This document shows, one piece after another, positions 27,159-36,144 of a stretch of 64,000 nucleotides of DNA; position 1 is the first letter of the stretch, and every line of letters starts with the position of its first letter. The notes beneath the pieces are model-generated. The model was not told the origin of the DNA and made no database searches. It was given only the letters and a program-made list of their open reading frames with translations. The DNA comes from Bacteroidales bacterium. GTDB taxonomy: Bacteria; Bacteroidota; Bacteroidia; Bacteroidales; P3. The position numbers were made by a program, and so were the translations under genes. The stretch spans positions 2,090 to 66,089 of the forward strand of contig JBAYYI010000003.1 in assembly GCA_041673165.1 (NCBI GenBank), written 5' to 3'.

Positions 27159-29081
27159 ATGACTAAGATATACTTTTTTCCAAAGCAAGTTCTCTATTTG
27201 TTTTGGGCTTATTTGATTGGAATTGCCTTCTTTTTCTTGTTTAGAATCTTTATTTTACCCCTAAATATTGACTCTATAAGTGAAATCCTAAGCCAAAAAG
27301 GAGGATTAATACTTCTTTTCAAGGCTTTCTTTATGGGTTTTAGGTTCGATACCCTCATTTCCTGCTTTGCTCTTTCACCAATTTTGATTAGTTTTATCAT
27401 AGCCTACTTCTTCAATATCAAAAATAGGATATTCTATAAGGTAAATCACTACTTTCTTGTTGTAGTTTATTCCATTTTCTTCTCCATCTCATCAGTCGAT
27501 ATACCATATTTCAAGTATTTCTTCAACAGGTTTAATATTCAAGCCCTAACCTGGATGGATAACCCTCAATTTGTTTTTAAGATGATTTTTGAAGAGCCTT
27601 CTTATATTGTCTTTGTCTTTGTCTTTATTGGCATAATTGTTCTCTACTCTTGGCTAATGCTAAAAGTATATAAACGTTTCCTTAGGTTTAAGACTGAAAA
27701 AATTGATTCTAAGCCCTCTCTAAAAACCTATATAATCAATTCCATTATTTTTATAATCCTAATAGGACTTTGTTTTTTGGGTATGAGGGGAAGGATTGAA
27801 AAAAAATCGCCTATGAAAGTTGGGACTGCTTATTTTTCAAGCAATCCTCTAATCAATCAAATGGGACTTAATCCAAACTTTACATTTATTAAGAGTCTTG
27901 AAGAGAAGATGAAAGAAAAAAATAAGCCACTTAATTTGATGGATAAGAAAGAGGCTAAGCTTTATGTGGAAAATGAATTTAGGAGAATGAGAGCCTCTGG
28001 AGAGAAAAGAGATATTGTCTTAGATAAAAATACGAATGTTGTCCTTATTATAATGGAGGCAATGGGTACTTGCAATATTGGGCATTTTGGAAATACTTTA
28101 AATCTTACTCCAAATTTAGATAACCTAATTAATAATTCTGTTTCTTATGAGAATGTTTATACTGCTGGCATACATACCTATAATGGAGTTTATTCAAGCC
28201 TCTTTGGTCAGCCTGCACTCTTAGATAAACATTCAATGAACCTTACCATAATTCCAAAAATGGAAGGAGGACTGCCTGGTTTGCTTAGAGAAAATGGGTA
28301 TTCTACTATTTATTTCACAACACATGACGATCAGTTTGACAATATTGGAGGTTTCCTTTTGGCAAATGGCATTGAAAGGATAGTATCTGTTAAGGACTAT
28401 CCAAAAAATGAAGTAAAAAGCACCTTAGGAGTTCCTGACCATATTATGTTTAGTAGAGCAATTCAGGAGATTGGAAAGATGGATAAAGGAAAACCATTCT
28501 TTGCAACCCTTCTGACCTCATCAAATCATGGACCTTATATTTTGCCAGATAATATCCCTTTTAAAACAAAATCGAAAGACATAAAAGATAAAATCGTTGA
28601 GTATTCCGATTGGGCAATTGGGCAGTTTATTGAAAAAGCTAAGCAAACGTCTTGGTTTGAAAACACAGTCTTTGTTTTTATTGCAGACCATGGAGCATAT
28701 AAGGGAACAACAAATTATGAGCTTCCTCTTTCCTATCACCATAGCCCATTAATTTTCTATTGTCCTTCAAAGCTTGGGGCAAAGAAAGTGGAGAATATAG
28801 GACTTCAAATTGATATCTCTGCAATGGTTTCTTCCTACTTAGGCATTGAAAACACGAAAACACTTGGCATTGACTTCGAAACCTATCCCAGAAAGTATGG
28901 ATATTTTTCAGCAGACGATAAGCTTGGAGTAATAGATGATGAGTACTTCTATATTTGGAATAAGAACGGGGAGGAATATCTTTATAAATATAAGACAAAC
29001 GACAAGACAAATTATATAAAGCAAAATAGGGAAAAAGCAAGTGAGATGCAGAAATATGGGTTCTCTATGCTTATGTATTAG
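27159..29081 (+). CDS. LTA synthase / phosphoglycerol-transferase-like sulfatase family membrane protein
   Basis: 640 aa. Five N-terminal TM helices plus an extracytoplasmic alkaline-phosphatase-superfamily domain (IIMEAMGT, TSSNHGPY, ADHG). Confidence 0.75.
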   Translation: MTKIYFFPKQVLYLFWAYLIGIAFFFLFRIFILPLNIDSISEILSQKGGLILLFKAFFMGFRFDTLISCFALSPILISFIIAYFFNIKNRIFYKVNHYFLVVVYSIFFSISSVDIPYFKYFFNRFNIQALTWMDNPQFVFKMIFEEPSYIVFVFVFIGIIVLYSWLMLKVYKRFLRFKTEKIDSKPSLKTYIINSIIFIILIGLCFLGMRGRIEKKSPMKVGTAYFSSNPLINQMGLNPNFTFIKSLEEKMKEKNKPLNLMDKKEAKLYVENEFRRMRASGEKRDIVLDKNTNVVLIIMEAMGTCNIGHFGNTLNLTPNLDNLINNSVSYENVYTAGIHTYNGVYSSLFGQPALLDKHSMNLTIIPKMEGGLPGLLRENGYSTIYFTTHDDQFDNIGGFLLANGIERIVSVKDYPKNEVKSTLGVPDHIMFSRAIQEIGKMDKGKPFFATLLTSSNHGPYILPDNIPFKTKSKDIKDKIVEYSDWAIGQFIEKAKQTSWFENTVFVFIADHGAYKGTTNYELPLSYHHSPLIFYCPSKLGAKKVENIGLQIDISAMVSSYLGIENTKTLGIDFETYPRKYGYFSADDKLGVIDDEYFYIWNKNGEEYLYKYKTNDKTNYIKQNREKASEMQKYGFSMLMY

Positions 29082-31525
29082 AAAGGGTAACCGATACCGA
29101 AATTCATATTAATGCTGTTGAATTTTGTTTGAGGTATAACCCATCTTTCATTCATTGGTTTAGAAGGATCCCAAGCCTTTATTGCAAAGTCGAAACGTAT
29201 GATAAGGAATTGAATATTTAATCTAATACCAAAACCAAGACCAGTTGCTAATTCCTTATAGAAACTATCCAATTTAATTTGTCCACCTGGCATATCACTT
29301 TGTTTTTTGAGAGTCCAAACATTCCCAATGTCAACAAAGGTAGCTCCTTCCAAAGGACCTAAGATTGAGAAACGGTATTCAATGTTTCCACCAATTTGTA
29401 TGTCACCAGAGCGGTCATATCTAAGCTGCGTATCATCAATTTTAGATGAACCAGGGCCAATTTCTCTTAACTCCCAAGCTCTATGATTGTTATTGCCACC
29501 TGAGAAGAAGCTTTTCTCATAAGGAAGTCCACTTGAATTTCCATAAGGCAAACCAATACCGCCGTAAGCTCTAAAAACAAGGGTTTGGTTCTCGCTAATA
29601 TAATGATATTTCTTAACGTCAATATCTGTTCTTAGGTATTGTGCATAAGGGATTCCGAAAATGGTATATTGACCGGCATCATTTTTTGAGGAAACTGATA
29701 AGTTATCAACAAGGTATATAAGATTGCCTGCCGATTCAATATTAAAACGAAGATAGGTGAAGTCTTTTTTTCTGTTTAGCTCCTGACCATTATACAGAAA
29801 ACTATAACGAGAGTTAGTAACTAAGTGGTCGGAATATTGGTATCTAATCCTCTTATCCAATGTCTTGATATAGTCAACGTAATATTGACTTGTAACATTC
29901 ATTTTAACAAGATTTATTTCAATAGGTATGATTGCATGGTTGTATTCGGTTAAATAGTTCCAGCTGTATCCAAAGTTTAGATTGAAAATAGAACGCTCGA
30001 AATAATTCCTTTTTTGAAAATTATACCCAGTTTTAATTGTTGTGTGAGGGAGGAACTGCATTGAGTAGAAATTTGTTCCGAAAGGCATTAGGAAACGAGG
30101 AAATTCAATTCCAAAATCAAACCCAGTCTCAAAGGCATTAACCAATGACCATTTATTAATTGTATCTACACGACTACTAAATATATCACTCTTTATTTCA
30201 AAGGCAGTTTTACCATTGAAAGAAAAGATTTCAGCACCTTTGAATATGTTCTTATGTTGGACTCCTGCGTTTAATTCCATCCCAAAATTAGAATTATTGT
30301 TTGCAATTAAGGAGTTATTAACCGTAGAGAAATTAGCCTCTAATGAAGTAGTCAAAAGGACTGGTTTGGTTAGGGATAGCTTAATAAAACAATCTAAGAG
30401 AGATGTGTCCAATGCTTCTTGATTTTTGTCAAAAAGGACTGAAGAATATGAAATATCAATAAACTTAAAGTTCTTTAGCTGATTAAGTGCGTTATAAGTC
30501 CTTTCTGCATAGATAGGAGAATATAAACTATCCCTTTGAAACATCACTGTCCTAAGTATTGTTTTAATTCTCATTGACTCAGGAGGAGAGTAGATAACAT
30601 AGTACTTATTTAATCCGTACTTCTCTTTTTGACGATGAAAGATTATGTTAGTATCTATAACTGCATTGCTGTCTGAAATTTGCTGATAAGCAATATCGGG
30701 ATATATATATATGTTTCTAATCTTGTATTTCTTGAAAACAGGTGGCGTGCTTGTCATAAAATCAACCAAACTATCCTTATTTTCTTCTACTTTTAAGTCT
30801 TTACTCTTTATTTCTAAATTAACCTTTGTTGAATAGTTATTATTATTTGTGTCAATATTGAAAAGGATATAGTCTTTTGTGAAATCATAGTATCCTTGCT
30901 TGTTTAACTCTATTGTAAGTCTATTTCTTTCGTCATCAAATAAATCTTCATCGTAGTAAATATCTTTCTTAATAGGGGAAGAGTTCATAATTTCTAATGC
31001 AGAGCTTAAGATTGCAGTGTCTTTTGAACTAACAAAAAAAGTATCTATCTTATATCTCTTACCAGTCGTAATTGTATAGAAAACCTTTGCCTTTCTTTTG
31101 TAGTAAACAATGCTATCTTTAACATCTCCATCAAAACAACCCTTGTTTTTTAAGTAGCTCTTCATATCTTGAGTTGAACGGTAGGCATAATCCTTTTCAA
31201 ACTCAACTGGTTTTTGTCCTACCTTTCTATAAATGTTTCGAGAAATAAAACTAACAGTTGAATCCTCTCCTCTTGGTGAAATAGAATAGATATACATACC
31301 GAGTTTAATTCCTAAGATAGAGCTATTGGGGTCTTGTTTAATTAGATTAGCAAAATCAGATTTAGGTAGGGTTTTAGTATCAACCGATACTTTGTTCTTA
31401 GAAAGGAGATACCCATTCTTAGATATATGTTTATAGGGGCTACAACCCACAAAGAGTATTGTAGCAATAAGTAAAAAAGCTTTTATATTTAAGACCTTTT
31501 TCAATATAATCCTCCTAATTTTCAA
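29078..31525 (-). CDS. BamA/TamA-family outer-membrane protein, lipoprotein type (TamL-like)
   Basis: 815 aa. Signal peptide with the lipobox LFVGCS, POTRA-like repeats, and a C-terminal Omp85 barrel ending GIGYPF. Confidence 0.7.
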   Translation of the reverse strand: MKIRRIILKKVLNIKAFLLIATILFVGCSPYKHISKNGYLLSKNKVSVDTKTLPKSDFANLIKQDPNSSILGIKLGMYIYSISPRGEDSTVSFISRNIYRKVGQKPVEFEKDYAYRSTQDMKSYLKNKGCFDGDVKDSIVYYKRKAKVFYTITTGKRYKIDTFFVSSKDTAILSSALEIMNSSPIKKDIYYDEDLFDDERNRLTIELNKQGYYDFTKDYILFNIDTNNNNYSTKVNLEIKSKDLKVEENKDSLVDFMTSTPPVFKKYKIRNIYIYPDIAYQQISDSNAVIDTNIIFHRQKEKYGLNKYYVIYSPPESMRIKTILRTVMFQRDSLYSPIYAERTYNALNQLKNFKFIDISYSSVLFDKNQEALDTSLLDCFIKLSLTKPVLLTTSLEANFSTVNNSLIANNNSNFGMELNAGVQHKNIFKGAEIFSFNGKTAFEIKSDIFSSRVDTINKWSLVNAFETGFDFGIEFPRFLMPFGTNFYSMQFLPHTTIKTGYNFQKRNYFERSIFNLNFGYSWNYLTEYNHAIIPIEINLVKMNVTSQYYVDYIKTLDKRIRYQYSDHLVTNSRYSFLYNGQELNRKKDFTYLRFNIESAGNLIYLVDNLSVSSKNDAGQYTIFGIPYAQYLRTDIDVKKYHYISENQTLVFRAYGGIGLPYGNSSGLPYEKSFFSGGNNNHRAWELREIGPGSSKIDDTQLRYDRSGDIQIGGNIEYRFSILGPLEGATFVDIGNVWTLKKQSDMPGGQIKLDSFYKELATGLGFGIRLNIQFLIIRFDFAIKAWDPSKPMNERWVIPQTKFNSINMNFGIGYPF

Positions 31526-32762
31526 TATTCTTAATCTCAGACAGAATTTTTTTGCAAGCTCCCTTATTTTCTGAGATATAACTTAGACAAATATCTGAAC
31601 TTTTTTTGTAATAATCGCTATCTGATAATAAATAATCAATTAACTGAGATAATTTATCACTATCCGAGAAACTAAATGCACCTTCTTTTTCAACTAAATC
31701 AATAGCCTCTTTAAATTTCTTGTAGTTTGTTCCAAATAAAATTGGCTTTGAAAAAGTTGCTGCTTCCAATATATTATGTATTCCATCTCCAAATCCTCCT
31801 CCAATATAGGCAAGAGTTGCGTATTTATAGAGAGAAGATAAGATGCCAATAGAATCAATTATTAGGATACTATCTTTGTTTTCGGAATTTGAATAATCTG
31901 TTTTTTCAATCTCAGAATATCTTATTGCCTTAGGGAAAAGAGTTAGTATTTGTTCAATATGAGAAGAGTGTATTTCGTGTGGAGCAATAATAAGTTTGAA
32001 CTCTGATTTTGTTTTCTCCTTTGCCTCTTTCATTAACTGCTCATCCTTTTGCCAGCTACTACCCATAAGAACAACCTTATCGTTTTGGCAAAATTCTTTA
32101 ATCTTTTCAAAGTCTTTTTTCTCACTTGCAATTTGAGAAACCCTATCAAAACGAGTGTCGCCTGTCACCTTAGTATTCTCAAACCCAATTGACATTAGTA
32201 GGTCTTTTGTTTGTCTGTTTTGAACAAAGAAGAAATCAAAGTTCTTTAGTTGTTTCCTATACCAAGAACCAAAAGGGGAAAAGAAATATTGATTGGGGCG
32301 AAGTATTAGTGAGACTTGGAAAACCTTAGCACCAGACTTTTTTGCTCTTTTGATGAAATTGTACCAGAACTCATACTTAATGAAAAACACATATTCAGGA
32401 TGTGAAAGCTTAATGAAGCGTTTAGCATTTCTCTTTGTGTCGCTTGGAAGATAAATAACAATATCTGCCTTATCGTAGTTCTTTCTTATCTCGTAGCCCG
32501 ATGATGAAAAAAAGGTTAAGAGTATCTTATGGTTTGGGTTTTCTCTCTTAAAGTCTTCAATTAAAGGTCTGCCTTGTTCAAATTCGCCAAGTGAGGCTGC
32601 ATGAAACCAAGCGACCTTATCGTCTTTCTTTATTTTCTTTTCAAGTTCTTTAAAACTATTTTTGCGTCCTTGCACAATTAGTTTGGCCTTTTTATTGAAA
32701 GGAGATACTACTAATAATAGTAATGTATAGAACGAGATAAAAAAAGAATAAATACAATTCAT
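31515..32762 (-). CDS. waaA: 3-deoxy-D-manno-octulosonic acid (Kdo) transferase
   Basis: 415 aa. WFHAASLGEFEQGRPLIE and the C-terminal GGFGDGIHNILEAA motif typical of WaaA/KdtA. Confidence 0.85.
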   Translation of the reverse strand: MNCIYSFFISFYTLLLLVVSPFNKKAKLIVQGRKNSFKELEKKIKKDDKVAWFHAASLGEFEQGRPLIEDFKRENPNHKILLTFFSSSGYEIRKNYDKADIVIYLPSDTKRNAKRFIKLSHPEYVFFIKYEFWYNFIKRAKKSGAKVFQVSLILRPNQYFFSPFGSWYRKQLKNFDFFFVQNRQTKDLLMSIGFENTKVTGDTRFDRVSQIASEKKDFEKIKEFCQNDKVVLMGSSWQKDEQLMKEAKEKTKSEFKLIIAPHEIHSSHIEQILTLFPKAIRYSEIEKTDYSNSENKDSILIIDSIGILSSLYKYATLAYIGGGFGDGIHNILEAATFSKPILFGTNYKKFKEAIDLVEKEGAFSFSDSDKLSQLIDYLLSDSDYYKKSSDICLSYISENKGACKKILSEIKNIEN

Positions 32763-32765
32763 ATT

Positions 32766-33548
32766 TTAGAAATAATAAATCTTATCAGCGTCACGACCAA
32801 AGAAAGGGAACATCCAACCAACTTTTAGAGTAAACATCCTGTCTTGAAAAATCTTATTTTTAGATAGGTTATAGTTTATCTGGTAATCCCTTGTTGATTT
32901 TGTCCAAGCCTGATCAATCTCTAAACCAACGTAAAAATTAGTATAGCTTTTCTTACTCATATGAAGGTATCCTATAAATCCAGAAGCCATAACTCCCCTA
33001 ACTTGTCTATCATATAAATAAGCATAATCGCCTTCCAATTGTTCTGCAACCTCCAAGGTAGATTGGTAGATTATTTGGTGTTGAATCATTCCAAGTCCTA
33101 AGGTTAGCATTATACCTGAATTTGGTCTTTTCTTTGAAAGAGGGATAACCTTTCCAACTTTTCCCATAATGCTTAAGTTTCTATTATATCCAACAACGCC
33201 TGCATCAGAACCTTCTCTTGAAATAACAAAAGGATCTCCCTCTCTTGTCATAATTCCTGCAAGTATTTGATCCTTGTTCTTTGCATTATCGCTACCAAAT
33301 CCAAAGCCAAACTCCACAATATATAACCAGTTTTGTTTTGTCTTCCATCCAAGATTGGCATTCAAATTCATAAAGCTTTCATACTTATCAGCCATGTCAG
33401 CATCTGGGAAAGTCCATCCCAAAGCCGCAGTACAGAAAGGAGTAGATATTGGTTTGTCTTGTCCAACAATTACTTCTCCATTCTCTTGAGCAAAACTTGA
33501 AGATATTGAGGCAAGGAAAAGCGTAATTATTATGATTAGTTGTTTCAT
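32766..33548 (-). CDS. Hypothetical outer-membrane beta-barrel protein
   Basis: 260 aa. Signal peptide, alternating hydrophobic beta patterns and a C-terminal aromatic end (KIYYF). Lies 3 nt upstream of waaA. Confidence 0.4.
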   Translation of the reverse strand: MKQLIIIITLFLASISSSFAQENGEVIVGQDKPISTPFCTAALGWTFPDADMADKYESFMNLNANLGWKTKQNWLYIVEFGFGFGSDNAKNKDQILAGIMTREGDPFVISREGSDAGVVGYNRNLSIMGKVGKVIPLSKKRPNSGIMLTLGLGMIQHQIIYQSTLEVAEQLEGDYAYLYDRQVRGVMASGFIGYLHMSKKSYTNFYVGLEIDQAWTKSTRDYQINYNLSKNKIFQDRMFTLKVGWMFPFFGRDADKIYYF

Positions 33549-33566
33549 AGTATATGATTAATATTT

Positions 33567-35264
33567 TTATTCTTTAATAAACTTAACGACTTTTGTTCCA
33601 AGGCTAATAAAATATATGCCCCTATTAAGATTAGATATATCTATATTCGTTGTTTTATCTATAATACTCCCACTTATTATTTCAATTCCTAAGGAGTTTT
33701 TAATGGAATAGGAGTTTTTTTCGCCCTTATAATGGTTAAGTTTAATGTTAAGCATATCCTTTGAAGGGTTAGGATATATATTAAACGGGCTTTCGTTTTC
33801 TATTTTTTCCAAACCAATATCGCCTTTTGCAAGCATAACGTTTTGAATATTCATTTGTCCACCAATAACTTGAATATTTGAAATTGTTTTCTTCTTATAG
33901 CCAAAAGCACTATACGTAATTGTGTAGCTGCCATTTAATATTGGGCGATAATAGTAGCCTGTGCTTGTTTTTGTAAACACTTCGGAGTTAAATCCATCGT
34001 GATTCTCAATCCAAATTTTTGCTTTAATTGGCTCATTTGTTGCGCTATCTCTAACATAACCCTCTAATCCTTTTTGACAATATTCAATATAAGAGATTAG
34101 TCCTCCCTTTAAATATCTCCAATAATTATTTAACGAAGATGTTGAAAGTCTTTTGACAGAAGAAACTTCAAATGTAATTTCTCTTCCATATTTAAAATAG
34201 GTTTGATAATCTTGTCTTCCACCAGAAACCCTATACCAATTTGCTCCATTAGTATATCCTATGTTTGTAACATCTGTAAATAAGGATGAAGGAGAAGATG
34301 AGGGTATGGAATCAATAAAATTACTGCATACATCAATAAACCAATTTGCATCGGAATGAGTTCTTGCGGAAGGATAATAAGAATCGTAGGGATAGTTCAA
34401 AACTTCAGCTCCCGAATGAAGATTTGCAGACATGGCAAAATCATTGCTATCTGCATAAGCCATAAAAGCAAGGGTTTCAGCCTGCCACTGGAGTGAGTCA
34501 GGGTGAGGCCCTGCAACGGGACATGGGTAGTTTCTATTCAAATCAATATTGTTTGCATTAGATCTTGTTGAATAACTGACGTTAGCATTCCCTCCATATC
34601 CAGCATAAGTTCCGTCAGGATTAGAAAGAGGATTAATATAAACTTGTGTATTATTTATTATATCGGTTGCTCTTTGATTTATTCCATAATTTGACAAAAG
34701 CCAATCACTTAAACGAAGCATAAAAACATAGCCACCAAGCTCATCACCGTGCATTGTTGATGTATATAGAAACTTAGGTTTGTCGATATCTTGATAAGGG
34801 TTAGATGAAATCTTTAGTGCGAGTATTAATCTATTTTTTACAGAAAAGCCAATAGTATCTAATTTGCAAATATTCGGATAAGTCTGAGCAAATCTCCTCA
34901 TTAGAGAATCGTAAACCTCGAATGTTGGATACCTATCCCAATTACTCATTTGAGACATAGTGGTTGCCATAGTTAGTGCCTTTGAAGAGTTATCCTCTTC
35001 AAAAAAACTATGTTTAAGATTTAATTTAAGGAAGTTACTATACTGCTTTTCATTAACATAAGCCAGCAAATTCTCTCCCTTAGGGTAGTCTAAGTTAATT
35101 GTGTTTGCTAATAAATCTATGTCCTTAATCTCTTTAATTGGAATAAGAATTTTAGCCTCACCCGAAATAGATATTGCATTTCTCACTTTCTCAAGAGCAT
35201 TTCCTTGAGAGTAAGCAGTATTTATAAACAAAACGCCAAGAAGAAATACAATTAACCTTTTCAT
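33567..35264 (-). CDS. M14 family zinc carboxypeptidase with T9SS C-terminal sorting domain
   Basis: 565 aa. Signal peptide, STMHGDELGG (Zn ligands HxxE) and NLHSGAEV. The last 80 aa or so (FNIYPNPSKDMLNIKL...GIYFISL) match the Por secretion tail pattern. Confidence 0.8.
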   Translation of the reverse strand: MKRLIVFLLGVLFINTAYSQGNALEKVRNAISISGEAKILIPIKEIKDIDLLANTINLDYPKGENLLAYVNEKQYSNFLKLNLKHSFFEEDNSSKALTMATTMSQMSNWDRYPTFEVYDSLMRRFAQTYPNICKLDTIGFSVKNRLILALKISSNPYQDIDKPKFLYTSTMHGDELGGYVFMLRLSDWLLSNYGINQRATDIINNTQVYINPLSNPDGTYAGYGGNANVSYSTRSNANNIDLNRNYPCPVAGPHPDSLQWQAETLAFMAYADSNDFAMSANLHSGAEVLNYPYDSYYPSARTHSDANWFIDVCSNFIDSIPSSSPSSLFTDVTNIGYTNGANWYRVSGGRQDYQTYFKYGREITFEVSSVKRLSTSSLNNYWRYLKGGLISYIEYCQKGLEGYVRDSATNEPIKAKIWIENHDGFNSEVFTKTSTGYYYRPILNGSYTITYSAFGYKKKTISNIQVIGGQMNIQNVMLAKGDIGLEKIENESPFNIYPNPSKDMLNIKLNHYKGEKNSYSIKNSLGIEIISGSIIDKTTNIDISNLNRGIYFISLGTKVVKFIKE

Positions 35265-35282
35265 ATTAAAATTTATAACTTA

Positions 35283-35290
35283 CAAAAGTA
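35283..35290 (-). promoter_or_regulatory. -7 box TACTTTTG (M14 carboxypeptidase / barrel / waaA / TamL-like unit)
   Basis: Plus-strand CAAAAGTA, 19 nt upstream of the ATG at 35264. Confidence 0.45.
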
Positions 35291-35363
35291 CATATTTATT
35301 TTCATTATTTGAACCCAGAGCAGAAAATCTTACCCATAAATTTGAGAAATAAAAAATTAATTC

Positions 35364-35371
35364 TATATTTG
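35364..35371 (+). promoter_or_regulatory. -7 box TATATTTG (nitroreductase)
   Basis: TCTATATTTGCCAG, 52 nt upstream of the ATG at 35424. Confidence 0.5.
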
Positions 35372-35423
35372 CCAGAGAATAAAATAGGACTTAAAGATAA
35401 ATATAACATAAAACCACATTAAA

Positions 35424-36029
35424 ATGAGACCAATCAAACTATTATTAATTGCTTTACTATTAGTTAGTTCAACAGCTTTTGCACAAAATACTGAGAAGTC
35501 AGAAATAGTACTTAAAAACATATCAGAGCGTAAGAGTGTTAGAACATATACCGACCAAAAAGTTGAAAAAGAAGATTTAGAAAAGCTACTTAGGGCAGGA
35601 ATGTCAGCACCCTCAGCCGTTAATGCTCAACCTTGGGCTTTTATTGCAATAGATGACAGAGAAACATTGGATAAACTTGGAGACCTACTGCCTTATGCAA
35701 AAATGTTAAAACAAGCACAAGCAGCAATAATAGTATGTGGAGATATGAAAAAAGCATTAGAGGGCGAAGGACAAGAATATTGGATACAAGATTGTAGTGC
35801 TGCAACTCAAAATATATTATTAGCAGCAGAGAGCTTAGGGCTTGGTGCAGTTTGGACAGGAGTTTATCCAAAGAAAGAAAGAATGGAAACTGTTAGAAAA
35901 GAGATTTCACTTCCTGAACATATAATTCCACTATGTGTTATCCCGATTGGATGGCAGACTGGTAAGGAAAAACCAAAGCAAAAATACAAGGAAGAAAACA
36001 TACATTGGAATAAATGGGAAGGTAAATAA
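35424..36029 (+). CDS. Nitroreductase family protein (with signal-like N-terminus)
   Basis: 201 aa. Motifs: RKSVRTYTDQKV, APSAVNAQPWAF, LGLGAVWTG. Confidence 0.8.
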   Translation: MRPIKLLLIALLLVSSTAFAQNTEKSEIVLKNISERKSVRTYTDQKVEKEDLEKLLRAGMSAPSAVNAQPWAFIAIDDRETLDKLGDLLPYAKMLKQAQAAIIVCGDMKKALEGEGQEYWIQDCSAATQNILLAAESLGLGAVWTGVYPKKERMETVRKEISLPEHIIPLCVIPIGWQTGKEKPKQKYKEENIHWNKWEGK

Positions 36030-36040
36030 TTAGTAAGTTT

Positions 36041-36119
36041 ACCAATCAAAGAAAGAGAAAAATGAAACGCTGAAAGAATTTACTGAATCAAAGAAAGAAT
36101 TTTTTAAAGTGGCGTTTCA
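36041..36119 (+). repeat. Core element copy (36065-36096) inside an 8-bp stem / 41-nt loop structure
   Basis: AAACGCTGAAAGAATTTACTGAATCAAAGAAA. TGAAACGC (36063-36070) pairs with GCGTTTCA (36112-36119). TCAAAGA occurs at 36046 and 36088, which is 42 bp apart. Confidence 0.8.
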
Positions 36120-36144
36120 GAAAATTATTACGCAGTCTTATTTT

